A stretch of 62,206 bases of DNA, filler included. It is 6 parts of 6 records of this genome, joined end to end, with 100 filler letters (N's around TTAATTAATTAA, not from the genome) between each part and the next. Parts side by side here need not be neighbours in the genome. Positions count along the whole stretch, not along the records: positions 23,326 to 36,485 come from SRR20825010_4692; 5 more parts are not named here. The stretch is one strand, 5' to 3'. Each line of letters opens with the position of its first letter. The stretch's first letter is position 1. A model generated the notes under the pieces. The model saw only the letters and a list, made by a program, of their open reading frames with translations, did not search any database and was not told the DNA's origin. Of this stretch, positions 24,969-34,472 are shown piece by piece. A program made the position numbers and the translations under genes.

Positions 24969-26072
24969 ATGTCCACAGCACTCAGTCTTCGCCGCATCGG
25001 CCACATGTCCAGCAATGGCTGGAATCGTTTGTTCAAATCGGAATCCATGGTGCGGGCTGGTTTGCAGCCGTTCGAAATTGTTCACCAAGGCGTTATTCAC
25101 AGCGTCCGCCACTATCTGCCTTTGACGGAGGAAAGCATCACCGTGGGTGATGAGACCCTGCCCGTCAGCAAGAAGCGAAACAAAATTCCCTTGGTGCTGG
25201 TGGCTCCACTGGCTGTGAACATGTTTGTGTACGACCTGTTGCCCGAGCGCAGTTTTGTGCGCTACCTGATGGCGCAAGGGTTTGATGTGTACCTGATCGA
25301 TTGGGGCAAGCCCACGCGCAAACAGGCTGGTTTAACGCTCGAGAATTACATCAAGGAATTTTTGCCCGCATGCCTGAATGCCGTGCGCGAACACAGTGGC
25401 TCAAAAAAATTGAACCTGCAAGGCTGGAGCATGGGCGGTGGCATGGCGTTGGCCTACACCGCCTTGTTCAAGGATGAAAACATCAACAAGATTGTGACTT
25501 TCGGCACACCAATTGACGGGCATGCCAACGGCCCAATCGGCCAGCAATACAAGCGCCTGGCCAACTTGTTGAAATCGGCCCGAATCAATTTCCGCAAGGT
25601 GCCAGCCAAGTTGCTGTATACCCCGGGCTGGGCCAACGTGATCGGGTTCAAGCTGCTTGACCCCGTGGGCAGCCTGAAAGGCTACTGGAACCTGGTGAGT
25701 CAGCTTCACGACCGTGAATTTGTGGCCCAACACGCCAACCAGGCAGCGTTTATCGACAGCCTGGAAGCCTACCCTGGCGGTGCCATTCGTGACTGGTTTG
25801 CCAGTATTTGGCTGGAAAACGAAACCGCGCAAGGTCAATTCAAAGTGGGCAAGGCTGTGGCCAATTTCAAAGACATTGCCTGCCCGGTGTTGGGCATTGC
25901 TGGCAAAACGGATAATCTCGCCAACGTGGCCTGTTGCAAGCCGATTACCCAAGTGGTGGGCTCTGAAAAATCAGAATTCTTCATCGGCCCCGGTGGCCAC
26001 ATTGGCATCATGAGCGGCAAGGAATCGCCCAATACTATTTGGGCGAAAACCGTGAGCTGGTTGAACGCTTAA
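24969..26072 (+). CDS. PhaC class III-like alpha/beta hydrolase with Ser nucleophile
   Basis: PLVLVAPL...YDLLPERSFVRYL...DVYLIDWG is PhaC-like. Elbow GWSMGG, Asp in GKTDNL, His in GGHIG. Confidence 0.8.
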   Translation: MSTALSLRRIGHMSSNGWNRLFKSESMVRAGLQPFEIVHQGVIHSVRHYLPLTEESITVGDETLPVSKKRNKIPLVLVAPLAVNMFVYDLLPERSFVRYLMAQGFDVYLIDWGKPTRKQAGLTLENYIKEFLPACLNAVREHSGSKKLNLQGWSMGGGMALAYTALFKDENINKIVTFGTPIDGHANGPIGQQYKRLANLLKSARINFRKVPAKLLYTPGWANVIGFKLLDPVGSLKGYWNLVSQLHDREFVAQHANQAAFIDSLEAYPGGAIRDWFASIWLENETAQGQFKVGKAVANFKDIACPVLGIAGKTDNLANVACCKPITQVVGSEKSEFFIGPGGHIGIMSGKESPNTIWAKTVSWLNA

Positions 26073-26076
26073 ATTG

Positions 26077-27449
26077 TTACTTCAAAGGATAGGCTTCGTT
26101 CGTAAACTTCAACACCATGAAGCCGTTGTCCTGACAAGTTACCCAAATTTGATCGCTGCCCACAAAGCGGGGCGGTGAACTGCACCAGTCGGTGGTGCTT
26201 TTTTCTCGGATTGTGCGGGTGGGTTGTAGTAGGCAATTTCCTTTGCTGCAAGGGGATCGCGAATATCGAACACCCGCACACCCGATTGAAAATAGCCGCA
26301 GGCAATGGCAGTCGGGTTGATTTTCCGGTCCACGCCGCAATAGTGGCCCTCGTAGCCAAAGCTCCCATTGTTTGCTGTGTCTGCGGCCCGAATGCCAGCG
26401 TTTTCTTCCGCGTGAATGGCCAGCTTCAGTTTGGACACAACCACGGGCGCAGTTTCGTCAGAGATGTCGATAATTCGTGCTGCACCTGCGCCACCCTCAT
26501 CCACTGCAATCACAAACGGTTTGCCGTTGTAAAAAACCGGAATCGTGTGCTGGCTCAAGTCACCGTCTTCCCAGTACACACTGCCCACCTCGGTCAGCAT
26601 GGGCACGGGGTCGCGGTTTTGAATGCTGCTGGTGTCCAGAATGATCACGCCGGGCGGCGTCAGCGATGTCAGGTACATTCGGTTGCCGTCTTCACTCAAC
26701 TCAAAACCGTGGTTGCTGGGTGACGCAATGGTGGTGTACAGAATTCTCGGCAGGCTGGGGTTGCTGGTGTCAATTGCCGTAATGCTGCCCGGGTTCAAGC
26801 CAGTGGCCCAGTACGTGTTGCCATCGGGCGACCATGCGCCTTCATGGCCAATCAGGTTGGCGGGCAATGTCAGGTTGGCCGCAAATGAATTCAGCAACAC
26901 CGGTTGCGCACAATCGGTACCAATGTCGTAGATGTCGAAAAAACCGGCACTGAGCACAGGCCCCACTGCAACACCACCCAACAGGCCGCGGGCCTCGTTC
27001 ACTTTCAGTGATTCCCAGGGGCTTTGCAAGAATGCGGGGCTGGTCAGGTTGGTTGAAAGCGTCGGGTTGCTCGGGTTGCTTGCGTCAATAACCTGCACAC
27101 CTTGCGACACCTTGTTGGGAATGCCCGTGAATGTGGTGCCCATGTACGAACAGGTTTTGTACGAAGGATTCACCCAGGTGCTGCCTTCGCCCTGGTATTG
27201 CCCCACCAGCTCCATATTGCATTTGTAGCCTTGCTTGCTGCGCCCGCTTTCCCGGTCTGCCAGTGAAACCTGGCCTTGAATGCCCGTTTCCGGCACCGAG
27301 CCTGCGCCGCACTGGGCGGGTTCAACAAAGCTTGCGCCGCTTAATCCGCTCGGTGTTGTTCGGGTGGAGGGCGTGCCGCCACTGCCATCAGACCCACATG
27401 CCGCCAAAGTGGCAGTGCTTGCAATCAACCAAAGTACCTTCTGTTTCAT
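26077..27449 (-). pseudogene. LVIVD-repeat beta-propeller lipoprotein, frameshifted near the 3' end
   Basis: Lipobox LAAC. Repeats VQVIDASNP, FDIYDIG, IILDTS, RIIDISDE, VRVFDIRDP. The expected C-terminus DWCSSPPRF...QDNGFMVLKF lies in the -1 frame after the A6 run at 26199-26204. Confidence 0.7.
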
Positions 27450-27586
27450 CCCTGTCTCCGTTGTCATTTTTTTATCATCGTAGGTGTCGGGCACTTACTG
27501 ATTTCTGACATTTAACCAACTCCTTACAAATCTTCGTCTTGTGCTGTCAGTGTTGTTACAACACAAACCCTGCAAAATATTCAATC

Positions 27587-28252
27587 TCAGGCATTGAGTT
27601 GGGACAGCAGTTTTCTCATCAGGGATATTTCCGCGTTCTGCTCCCGAATCATCGCCTTGGCCAAACCCTTGACCAACAACGATCTGCCGTTGTTGACAAC
27701 AAACCGGGCCATTGGAATGGCCGCTTCATGGTGCTTGATCATCGATTCCAGAAATTGGCGTTCAAGATCAATGCCTGACAGGCCACGCATGTGGTTGAAT
27801 TCATCCACATTTAACATTCCGGGCATTGCGCCTTTTTCAGCCTTGCACTGCGTGATGTACAACAGGTCTTGAACGTTGCTTACGTTTTGGGCGTTTTCTA
27901 CCCATGCCATGGGTGCTTTCGCTTGGGGCGTTACTTGTCTGTTCCAGGCTGTTAGCCAGCCTTTCATCTGACCCACTTCCTGCAACTGCGACGTTAAAAT
28001 GCCGTGGGCCAGCAAATCAATGTTGGGCGACACCTTCCCCTTGACCAGGCTTGCCATTGAAATGGCCTGATCGTGATGAATGATCATGCTTTGCGAAAAC
28101 CCGATATCCACCGCATTGGGTTGCAGGTTGTGGGTTGCCGCCTGTGTTGTGTTGAATGCCTGCTGTGGCTGTAAGGTGTACATGGCCAGCGCCCCCAGTA
28201 GCAAACCCACCGTGAATATTCCCACCTGTAAGTAGAGTCTTTTTGAAATCAT
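27587..28252 (-). CDS. DUF305 domain protein (ferritin-like, paired HH motifs)
   Basis: DIGFSQSMIIHHDQAISMA, MPGM, FLESMIKHHEAAIPMA. N-terminal hydrophobic segment. Confidence 0.88.
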   Translation of the reverse strand: MISKRLYLQVGIFTVGLLLGALAMYTLQPQQAFNTTQAATHNLQPNAVDIGFSQSMIIHHDQAISMASLVKGKVSPNIDLLAHGILTSQLQEVGQMKGWLTAWNRQVTPQAKAPMAWVENAQNVSNVQDLLYITQCKAEKGAMPGMLNVDEFNHMRGLSGIDLERQFLESMIKHHEAAIPMARFVVNNGRSLLVKGLAKAMIREQNAEISLMRKLLSQLNA

Positions 28253-28421
28253 GTTGTGTTGCCCCGATGAATCATGCGTGTGATTTGGTACTGAACCACG
28301 CCTTGATTTAGATGTAATATCAGACCAAGGTGTCCCCGCAATTCAGTGGCTATCCGTTAGGTTGACAAGAACAACAACAATGCATGGTTTCTTTGAAAAC
28401 CAGCAGGGCGGTAGTATGGGT

Positions 28422-29081
28422 ATGAAGGTCGCGGGTGTTTTTGCCTTGTGTTTGGCTACCTTGTGGGTGACCCCACTTCAAGCCAATGGTTTTGAAAACT
28501 TCGAAGACGCGGAGCTGATCGACCACATTGCTGGCAGCGTGGCCCGCGACTATGGCCAAATGTATGGTTATCAGGTCAGCTTCAAACTGATCGGTAAGGA
28601 AGTGTTGCACCATTCAGCCTTGCTGGTGCAGTACAACACGCACCAGAAGCGGTGCACCTTTTTGATTAGTACCCGGGACAGGAATTGGTACAACTTTCGG
28701 CAATACATGAAGTTTTTCAAGGACCTTCCTAAGAAGGTGGTGTACGAAGCTTTTTTCGCGCATGAGTCTGGCCACTGTGTGCAGAAGAAGGAAAAAATTG
28801 ACCTTGGCCCGGTGCGGCGACGTCATTACGAAGAGCTGTACGCCGACTTGTTCGCGCTTTCCCATATTGAACGGCATTTTCCGGAACATCGGCGCGCATT
28901 TGAAGAGGCTTTGCTGGACATGCGCCGCGCAGCCTTTGGTATTCAAAAAGACTACGGTTTTTACAAAGAACTGCTGAAGTTTCAGCACAGCCCCGATCTA
29001 CACACGGCGCTTAAGGTAGCAAACCCCCAAGAACGTGCCCATTCAATTGCCAAGGCCGTTGATTTGGTGTTTTTGCCCTAG
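28422..29081 (+). CDS. Secreted hypothetical protein with HExxH zinc-metallopeptidase motif
   Basis: Signal peptide ending PLQA. AHESGHC followed by EELYAD. Start uncertain (28362, 28416 or 28422). Confidence 0.6.
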   Translation: MKVAGVFALCLATLWVTPLQANGFENFEDAELIDHIAGSVARDYGQMYGYQVSFKLIGKEVLHHSALLVQYNTHQKRCTFLISTRDRNWYNFRQYMKFFKDLPKKVVYEAFFAHESGHCVQKKEKIDLGPVRRRHYEELYADLFALSHIERHFPEHRRAFEEALLDMRRAAFGIQKDYGFYKELLKFQHSPDLHTALKVANPQERAHSIAKAVDLVFLP

Positions 29082-29153
29082 ACAAGGGTGACTCAAACCG
29101 TTCAAGCGATTACACTTAAAGTACCCAAATCGACTGGTTAAAACACCTACAAA

Positions 29154-29591
29154 ATGAAAACCGAAAACCCGCTCGCTTTAGAAAACCAGCTTTGCTTTTC
29201 ACTTTACGCCACGTCTTTGGCGATCACGCAAGTTTACAAGCCCCTGTTGCAGCCTTTGGGTTTAACCTTTCCGCAGTATTTGGTCATGATGATTTTGTGG
29301 AAAGAAGACGGTGTCAGTTTGATCAATGTGGCACGCCAGCTTGGCCAGCAACCCGGCGCATTGACCCCCGTTATCAAGCGCATGGCAGAGCAAGGCTTGC
29401 TGACCCGAAACCGCAGTGCAGACGATGAACGCCAGTTGCAAATTTACCTGACCGAGGAAGGCAAGCGCATCCGCGACAAAGCACTGGATGTGTACGCCTG
29501 TGTGGTTGACCAATGCGGCATGAGCCTGCAGGACATTCATCGCTTGAAATGCGAGCTGGACGCGTTGCGTGACCGTTTGTTGAAAAACTGA
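29154..29591 (+). CDS. ohrR: MarR-family organic hydroperoxide sensor
   Basis: LENQLCFSLY (sensing Cys), LGLTFPQYLV, R-x-RSADDERQL. Directly upstream of ohr. Confidence 0.9.
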   Translation: MKTENPLALENQLCFSLYATSLAITQVYKPLLQPLGLTFPQYLVMMILWKEDGVSLINVARQLGQQPGALTPVIKRMAEQGLLTRNRSADDERQLQIYLTEEGKRIRDKALDVYACVVDQCGMSLQDIHRLKCELDALRDRLLKN

Positions 29592-29607
29592 TCGCTTGTT
29601 CCGATGG

Positions 29608-29644
29608 AGTTATTGCGATAGCATAATTGGTAATCGCGATAACT
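29608..29644. promoter_or_regulatory. Inverted repeat upstream of ohr, probable OhrR operator
   Basis: AGTTATTGCGAT-N13-ATCGCGATAACT, an 11/12 inverted match. Confidence 0.6.
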
Positions 29645-29678
29645 TTATCCATCCACTTCAAACCAAGGAGAAGAGAAC

Positions 29679-30101
29679 ATGGAAGTCGTTTACTCAACCA
29701 AAGCAACCTCGACAGGCGGCAGGGAAGGTCGTTCAGCCACCGAAGACGGTCGCTTGAGCGTGCAGCTTAGTACCCCCAAAGAACTTGGCGGTGCTGGCGG
29801 CCCCGGCACCAACCCTGAGCAATTGTTTGCCGCAGGCTATTCAGCCTGTTTCATTGGTGCCATCAAGTTTGTAGCCGGGCAGGACAAAATCAATCTGCCC
29901 GCCGAACCTGAAATTACCGCCACTGTGGGCATTGGTGGCAACCCCAAGGGCGTGGGCTTTGCAATTACTGTGGACATGTCGATCAAACTGGAAGGCATGG
30001 ACAAAGCCGATGCCAAGGCCTTGGTCGACAAGGCGCACCAGGTTTGCCCGTACTCCAATGCAACCCGTAACAATGTGGATGTAAAGTTGACTGTGGTGTA
30101 A
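29679..30101 (+). CDS. ohr: Organic hydroperoxide resistance protein
   Basis: GGREG, GTNPEQLFAAGYSACF, AHQVCPYSNATR. RBS AAGGAG. Confidence 0.96.
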   Translation: MEVVYSTKATSTGGREGRSATEDGRLSVQLSTPKELGGAGGPGTNPEQLFAAGYSACFIGAIKFVAGQDKINLPAEPEITATVGIGGNPKGVGFAITVDMSIKLEGMDKADAKALVDKAHQVCPYSNATRNNVDVKLTVV

Positions 30102-30126
30102 TTAACCATAGCCAGCAAGCCGTTTG

Positions 30127-30168
30127 AAAGCGGTGGGCTTGAAAAGGCCCGCCGCTTTTTGCTTTTTT
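30127..30168 (+). terminator. Rho-independent terminator after ohr
   Basis: AAAGCGGTGGGCTT-GAAA-AGGCCCGCCGCTTT followed by TTGCTTTTTT. Confidence 0.8.
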
Positions 30169-30174
30169 GCAGAG

Positions 30175-31170
30175 ATGAATATGCACAGCAAGTACGCTAA
30201 AACCCCTTGGACACTCAATGAATGTGGCGAAACCCGTCGCGTCGGGTTCGAGCTGGAGTTCGCCGGGCTTGACCTGAAAACTGCAGCCAACGCCGTTGCC
30301 GACGCCTTTCAGGGCGAAATTCTGGTCGATACAAAAGCCGAGTGCAAAGTGAAGCACCCACAGTTTGGTAATTTCAAAATTGAACTGGATTGGCTTTTTG
30401 CGAAAAACATGGCACGCCGCAGCTTGCAAAGCCAGCGCCCCAGTGAAGAGGCTGTGATCAGCCTGATGACCGATCTGGCGCGCCAGGTTGTGCCGCTTGA
30501 AGTGGTGTGCCCACCTGTGCCTGTGAATCAACTCGATGTGCTGGACACGGTGGTAAGCAAGCTGCAGCAGGCCGGTGCGCTTGGTACTGCAGATTCGCTG
30601 ATCTACGCATTTGGCGTGCACATCAATGCTGAATTACCCGGGCTTGACCCGGAAACACTGGTGGCCTACCTGCAGGCTTACTGCGTGGCCCAACATTGGT
30701 TGATCAAAGCCCATGGTGTAGACCCGATGCGCCGATTAATGCCCTACATTGATCTTTATCCGAAACGCTATATTCAAAAAGTATTGGCTTACGTACCGCA
30801 AACGCCGATGGCGAGAATCATCGACGATTACCTTGAAGACAACCCCACGCGAAACCGCGGAATGGACCTTTTGCCCCTGTTCAAGCATTTGGACGCGGCG
30901 CGGGTTTTGGCCGTTGTTGAAGACGAACTTGTCAACGCCCGGCCTACATTTCACTATCGCCTGCCCAATTGCGAAATTGAAGACCCGCAGTGGCTGTTGT
31001 CGCACAGCTGGAATATTTGGTGCGTGGTGGAACACTTGGCGGCAGACCCGGTCACATTGAAGTCCATGTGCGAACAATGCATGGCCTATAACAACAACTT
31101 GATCAACCTGAAGGAAGAGCCTTGGCACCAGGAACTGGCGCAAATTCACGAAAACCTGTCGTCGGTGTAA
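30175..31170 (+). CDS. Putative amidoligase (COOH-NH2 ligase, Amidoligase_2 family)
   Basis: RRVGFELEFAG, PLEVVCPP, AFGVHIN, PTRNRGMDLLP, RPTFHYRLPN. The ORF-track TTG start falls inside the terminator, so ATG 30175 (or 30181) is preferred. Confidence 0.82.
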   Translation: MNMHSKYAKTPWTLNECGETRRVGFELEFAGLDLKTAANAVADAFQGEILVDTKAECKVKHPQFGNFKIELDWLFAKNMARRSLQSQRPSEEAVISLMTDLARQVVPLEVVCPPVPVNQLDVLDTVVSKLQQAGALGTADSLIYAFGVHINAELPGLDPETLVAYLQAYCVAQHWLIKAHGVDPMRRLMPYIDLYPKRYIQKVLAYVPQTPMARIIDDYLEDNPTRNRGMDLLPLFKHLDAARVLAVVEDELVNARPTFHYRLPNCEIEDPQWLLSHSWNIWCVVEHLAADPVTLKSMCEQCMAYNNNLINLKEEPWHQELAQIHENLSSV

Positions 31171-31826
31171 CTGGCAATGCACGGTGGTTTTCACCATCGT
31201 GGTTCTGCATCCGGTTTGCTGTGTGGCTAGCTGGTGGCAAGGCCAGGCGGATCAGCGTGAAACACCAATGGCCTATTGGGCAGATTGATGCCCTGATTGT
31301 GAGCGGTGGCGACGACATTCACCCGTCCCTTTATGGTGAAGAAGAAATGCCCAAGGCGCAGTATGACCCCATGCGCGATGCACTGGAGCAACTGCACATT
31401 GCCTGGGCACTTGAACACCAGTTGCCCATGCTGGGCATTTGCAGGGGTACACAACTGATCAATGTCAGCCTGGGTGGAAGTTTGCACAGCGACATACGTG
31501 GACGCCGAAAAATGACATCCAACCGGGGCACGGTGTTGCCGCGCAAAACGGCAGCACTACGCGCAAAAAGCGCGCTGGGCCAAGTGGTGAAAGCCAGCCG
31601 CTTGCGCATCAACAGCCTTCACCACCAGGCAATTGACGATTTGGGCGAGAATGTGCGCGTGGTTGCCCGCGACCTCGACGGGTTTGTACAAGGCATCGAG
31701 CCCGCCCGGCAGGGTTGTTGGCTGGGTGTGCAGTGGCACCCGGAATACTTGTTCTACCGCACGCACCACCTGCGCCTTTTCAAATGGCTTGTGCAACAAT
31801 GCAGGCAGACTGCGCAAGGCGCTTGA
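31122..31826 (+). CDS. Class I glutamine amidotransferase-like / gamma-glutamyl hydrolase (peptidase C26, PuuD-like)
   Basis: SGGDDIHPSLYG, LGICRG (Cys nucleophile), NSLHHQAI, GVQWHPE. Confidence 0.88.
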   Translation: MAPGTGANSRKPVVGVTGNARWFSPSWFCIRFAVWLAGGKARRISVKHQWPIGQIDALIVSGGDDIHPSLYGEEEMPKAQYDPMRDALEQLHIAWALEHQLPMLGICRGTQLINVSLGGSLHSDIRGRRKMTSNRGTVLPRKTAALRAKSALGQVVKASRLRINSLHHQAIDDLGENVRVVARDLDGFVQGIEPARQGCWLGVQWHPEYLFYRTHHLRLFKWLVQQCRQTAQGA

Positions 31827-31831
31827 TCCCT

Positions 31832-32263
31832 ATGTCGTATCTTTTTTTGTTTGTCTCGGCTTTTTTGGCGGCCACCGTGCTGCCCTTTTATTCCGAGGTG
31901 GTGTTGTTCGGCATGATCCGCGCCGGTGAACCCGCTGGCCTGTTGTTGTTGGTCGCGGGGGTGGGCAACACACTCGGGTCGGTGGTGAATTGGGTGTTGG
32001 GCCGTTATCTGCTGCGTTTTCAGCACAAAAAATGGTTCTATTTCAAACCAGAACAAATTGAAAAAATGCAGGCATGGTTTCAGCGCTACGGCGTGTGGAG
32101 CCTGTTGCTGGCCTGGATGCCGATTGGTGGCGACCCGTTGACGCTGGTCGCCGGTATCATGCGGGTGAATCTGTGGCTGTTTATTCTGTTGGTGGGTATT
32201 GGCAAAACTTTCCGATACATGGCTGTGATTTATTTTTCTGAACTGTCAGTGGCCTGGTTTTAA
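31832..32263 (+). CDS. YqaA family (DedA/VTT) membrane protein
   Basis: [51 protein letters not shown]. Confidence 0.88.
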   Translation: MSYLFLFVSAFLAATVLPFYSEVVLFGMIRAGEPAGLLLLVAGVGNTLGSVVNWVLGRYLLRFQHKKWFYFKPEQIEKMQAWFQRYGVWSLLLAWMPIGGDPLTLVAGIMRVNLWLFILLVGIGKTFRYMAVIYFSELSVAWF

Positions 32264-32280
32264 TTTTTTTCTGGACGTCA

Positions 32281-32997
32281 ATGTTAATGAATACTTCGGA
32301 CTTGCCCCAACTGGATATCCATTGCTTCAAGCAACCCGACCGTGCCTTGCTGGGTGACAGCCTGGATCATCCCCCCCGAATCCTGATTTTGTACGGGTCA
32401 TTGCGCGCACGCTCATTCAGCCGCCTGGCCGCCGAAGAGGCAGCGCGCCTGCTCACTGCGATGGGCGCTGAAGTCAAGTTCTTTGACCCCAGTGGTTTGC
32501 CCCTTGTGGATGAAGCGAACGAGCAGCACCCCAAGGTGCAGGAACTGCGTGAACTGGCGGATTGGTCCGAGGGACACGTGTGGAGCTCGCCCGAGCGCCA
32601 TGGTGCCATGACCGGTGTCATGAAAACCCAGATCGACTGGTTGCCGTTAAGTGGCGGTGCCAAGCGGCCAACACAAGGAAAAACGCTGGCAGTGATGCAA
32701 GTGTGTGGTGGCTCCCAATCATTCAACGCGGTAAACCAGTTGCGCGTGCTGGGCCGCTGGATGCGCATGATCACCATTCCCAATCAGTCCTCAATTGCGA
32801 AAGCATTCATGGAATTTGACGACAACAACCGCATGAAGCCTTCGCCGTATTACAACCGCCTGGTGGATGTTATGGAAGAACTGATGAAGTTCACACTGAT
32901 GACCCGCGGCAACGCCCAGTATTTGGTTGACCGGTATTCCGAGCGCGTAGAGTCGGCAGAAGAATTGTCCAAACGCGTGAACCAGCGAAGCATTTAA
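32281..32997 (+). CDS. arsH: Arsenical resistance flavoprotein ArsH
   Basis: [57 protein letters not shown]. Confidence 0.95.
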   Translation: MLMNTSDLPQLDIHCFKQPDRALLGDSLDHPPRILILYGSLRARSFSRLAAEEAARLLTAMGAEVKFFDPSGLPLVDEANEQHPKVQELRELADWSEGHVWSSPERHGAMTGVMKTQIDWLPLSGGAKRPTQGKTLAVMQVCGGSQSFNAVNQLRVLGRWMRMITIPNQSSIAKAFMEFDDNNRMKPSPYYNRLVDVMEELMKFTLMTRGNAQYLVDRYSERVESAEELSKRVNQRSI

Positions 32998-33001
32998 CGC
33001 C

Positions 33002-33766
33002 ATGTTCAAAACAATCGGATGTGCATTGTTGCTGGTGTGGGCAGGCTTTGCCCAAGCGGGCACGGCCACCATTGCGGCGGCTGCCACCTTGCGCTATGCA
33101 CTTGAAGACATGGCACCCCGGTTCAGGCAAGCCACGGGCCACACCTTGAAAGTGGCCTATGGTTCTTCGGGTAACTTTTACAGCCAGATCAAACAGGGCG
33201 CACCGTTTGATGTGTTTTTGTCGGCAGACATGGTGTTTCCGCAAAAACTGGTGGCTGAAAAACTGGCCAAACCACCCGTGCATGCCTACGCAGAAGGGCG
33301 GTTGGTTTTGCTGGTGCCCAACAAAAGCCCATTGAAAGCGGATGGCAGTTTGCAAGACCTGGCCGCTGCGCTGAAAGACGGTCGCCTGAGCAAGCTTGCA
33401 ATTGCCAACCCCAGTGTGGCCCCCTACGGCATGCGTGCCCGGGAAACGTTGATGCACGCCGGTTTGTGGGAAAGCATTCAGCCCCACCTGGTGGTGGGTG
33501 AAAACATTTCACAAGCCACACAGTTTGCCAGTTCGGGGGCCGCACAGGCAGGGCTGGTGGCCTTGTCGCTGGCGGTGTCGCCGCAGTTGGCATCGCACAC
33601 GCGTTTTGAACGGGTGCCCAAGGAATGGCACCAACCACTTCGCCAGGGCATGGTCCTGATTCACGCCGAAAACCCCGCAGCCAAAGCTTTTTACGATTAT
33701 CTGAAAACCGCCCCTGCACAGGCAGTGCTCAAAAAATATGGGTACGATGAACCGGTTGCACAATAA
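33002..33766 (+). CDS. modA: Molybdate ABC transporter substrate-binding protein
   Basis: Signal peptide, AAATL, YGSSGNFYSQIKQGAPFDVFLSAD, IANPSVAPYG, GENISQ. Confidence 0.93.
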   Translation: MFKTIGCALLLVWAGFAQAGTATIAAAATLRYALEDMAPRFRQATGHTLKVAYGSSGNFYSQIKQGAPFDVFLSADMVFPQKLVAEKLAKPPVHAYAEGRLVLLVPNKSPLKADGSLQDLAAALKDGRLSKLAIANPSVAPYGMRARETLMHAGLWESIQPHLVVGENISQATQFASSGAAQAGLVALSLAVSPQLASHTRFERVPKEWHQPLRQGMVLIHAENPAAKAFYDYLKTAPAQAVLKKYGYDEPVAQ

Positions 33767-33783
33767 CATCCCATAAAAAACGC

Positions 33784-34461
33784 ATGGACTGGTCTGCTTT
33801 TTCCCTTTCAATACAACTGGCCTTTGGCACCTTGCTGGTGTTGTTGCCCATGGGCTTGTGGGTGGGGCGGTGGCTTGCGCGGACACAGTTCAAGGGCAGG
33901 CCATGGCTTGAAGCGGTTATTTTGCTGCCACTGGTGCTGCCACCCACTGTGATGGGCTATTACCTGCTGGTGGCAGTGGGTGGAGGGTCGCCGTTGGGGC
34001 AGTGGCTGCAAAATACCTGGGGTGTGTCGCTGACTTTCAATTTTTCCGGTTTGCTGCTCGCCTCCGTGTTGTTCAACATTCCCTTCATGTTCCAGCCCAT
34101 ACAACGCGCATTTGAATCCATTCCAAACAACCTGAATGAAGCTGCACAGGTCAGTGGCTTAAGCAACTGGGCTATTTTTACCAAGGTTGAATTGCCCTTG
34201 GCATGGCCTGGCATTGTGTCGGCCATGGTGCTGACCTTTGTGCACACGCTGGGCGAATTTGGAGTGGTGCTGATGATAGGCGGCAGCATTCCGGGCGAAA
34301 CACGCACACTGGCCATTTCAATCTACGACAGTGTTCAAAGTTTTGACCTTCAGGCAGCCCACCACATGTCGCTCGCACTGCTGCTGTTTTCGCTGGTTGC
34401 GGTGGCCACTTCGCTCTTGCTTTCCGGGCGCCGAACGCGCGCGGTGAAGCGGGCCGTGTAG
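33784..34461 (+). CDS. modB: Molybdate ABC transporter permease
   Basis: LPLVLPPTVMGYYLL, EAA loop, HTLGEFGVVLMIGGSIPGETRT. Confidence 0.94.
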   Translation: MDWSAFSLSIQLAFGTLLVLLPMGLWVGRWLARTQFKGRPWLEAVILLPLVLPPTVMGYYLLVAVGGGSPLGQWLQNTWGVSLTFNFSGLLLASVLFNIPFMFQPIQRAFESIPNNLNEAAQVSGLSNWAIFTKVELPLAWPGIVSAMVLTFVHTLGEFGVVLMIGGSIPGETRTLAISIYDSVQSFDLQAAHHMSLALLLFSLVAVATSLLLSGRRTRAVKRAV

Positions 34462-34472
34462 GGAACGCAGCC

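Noticed and set aside
24969-26072. Calling the gene phaC
   Set aside because: The catalytic Cys is replaced by Ser and phaE/phaAB are absent.
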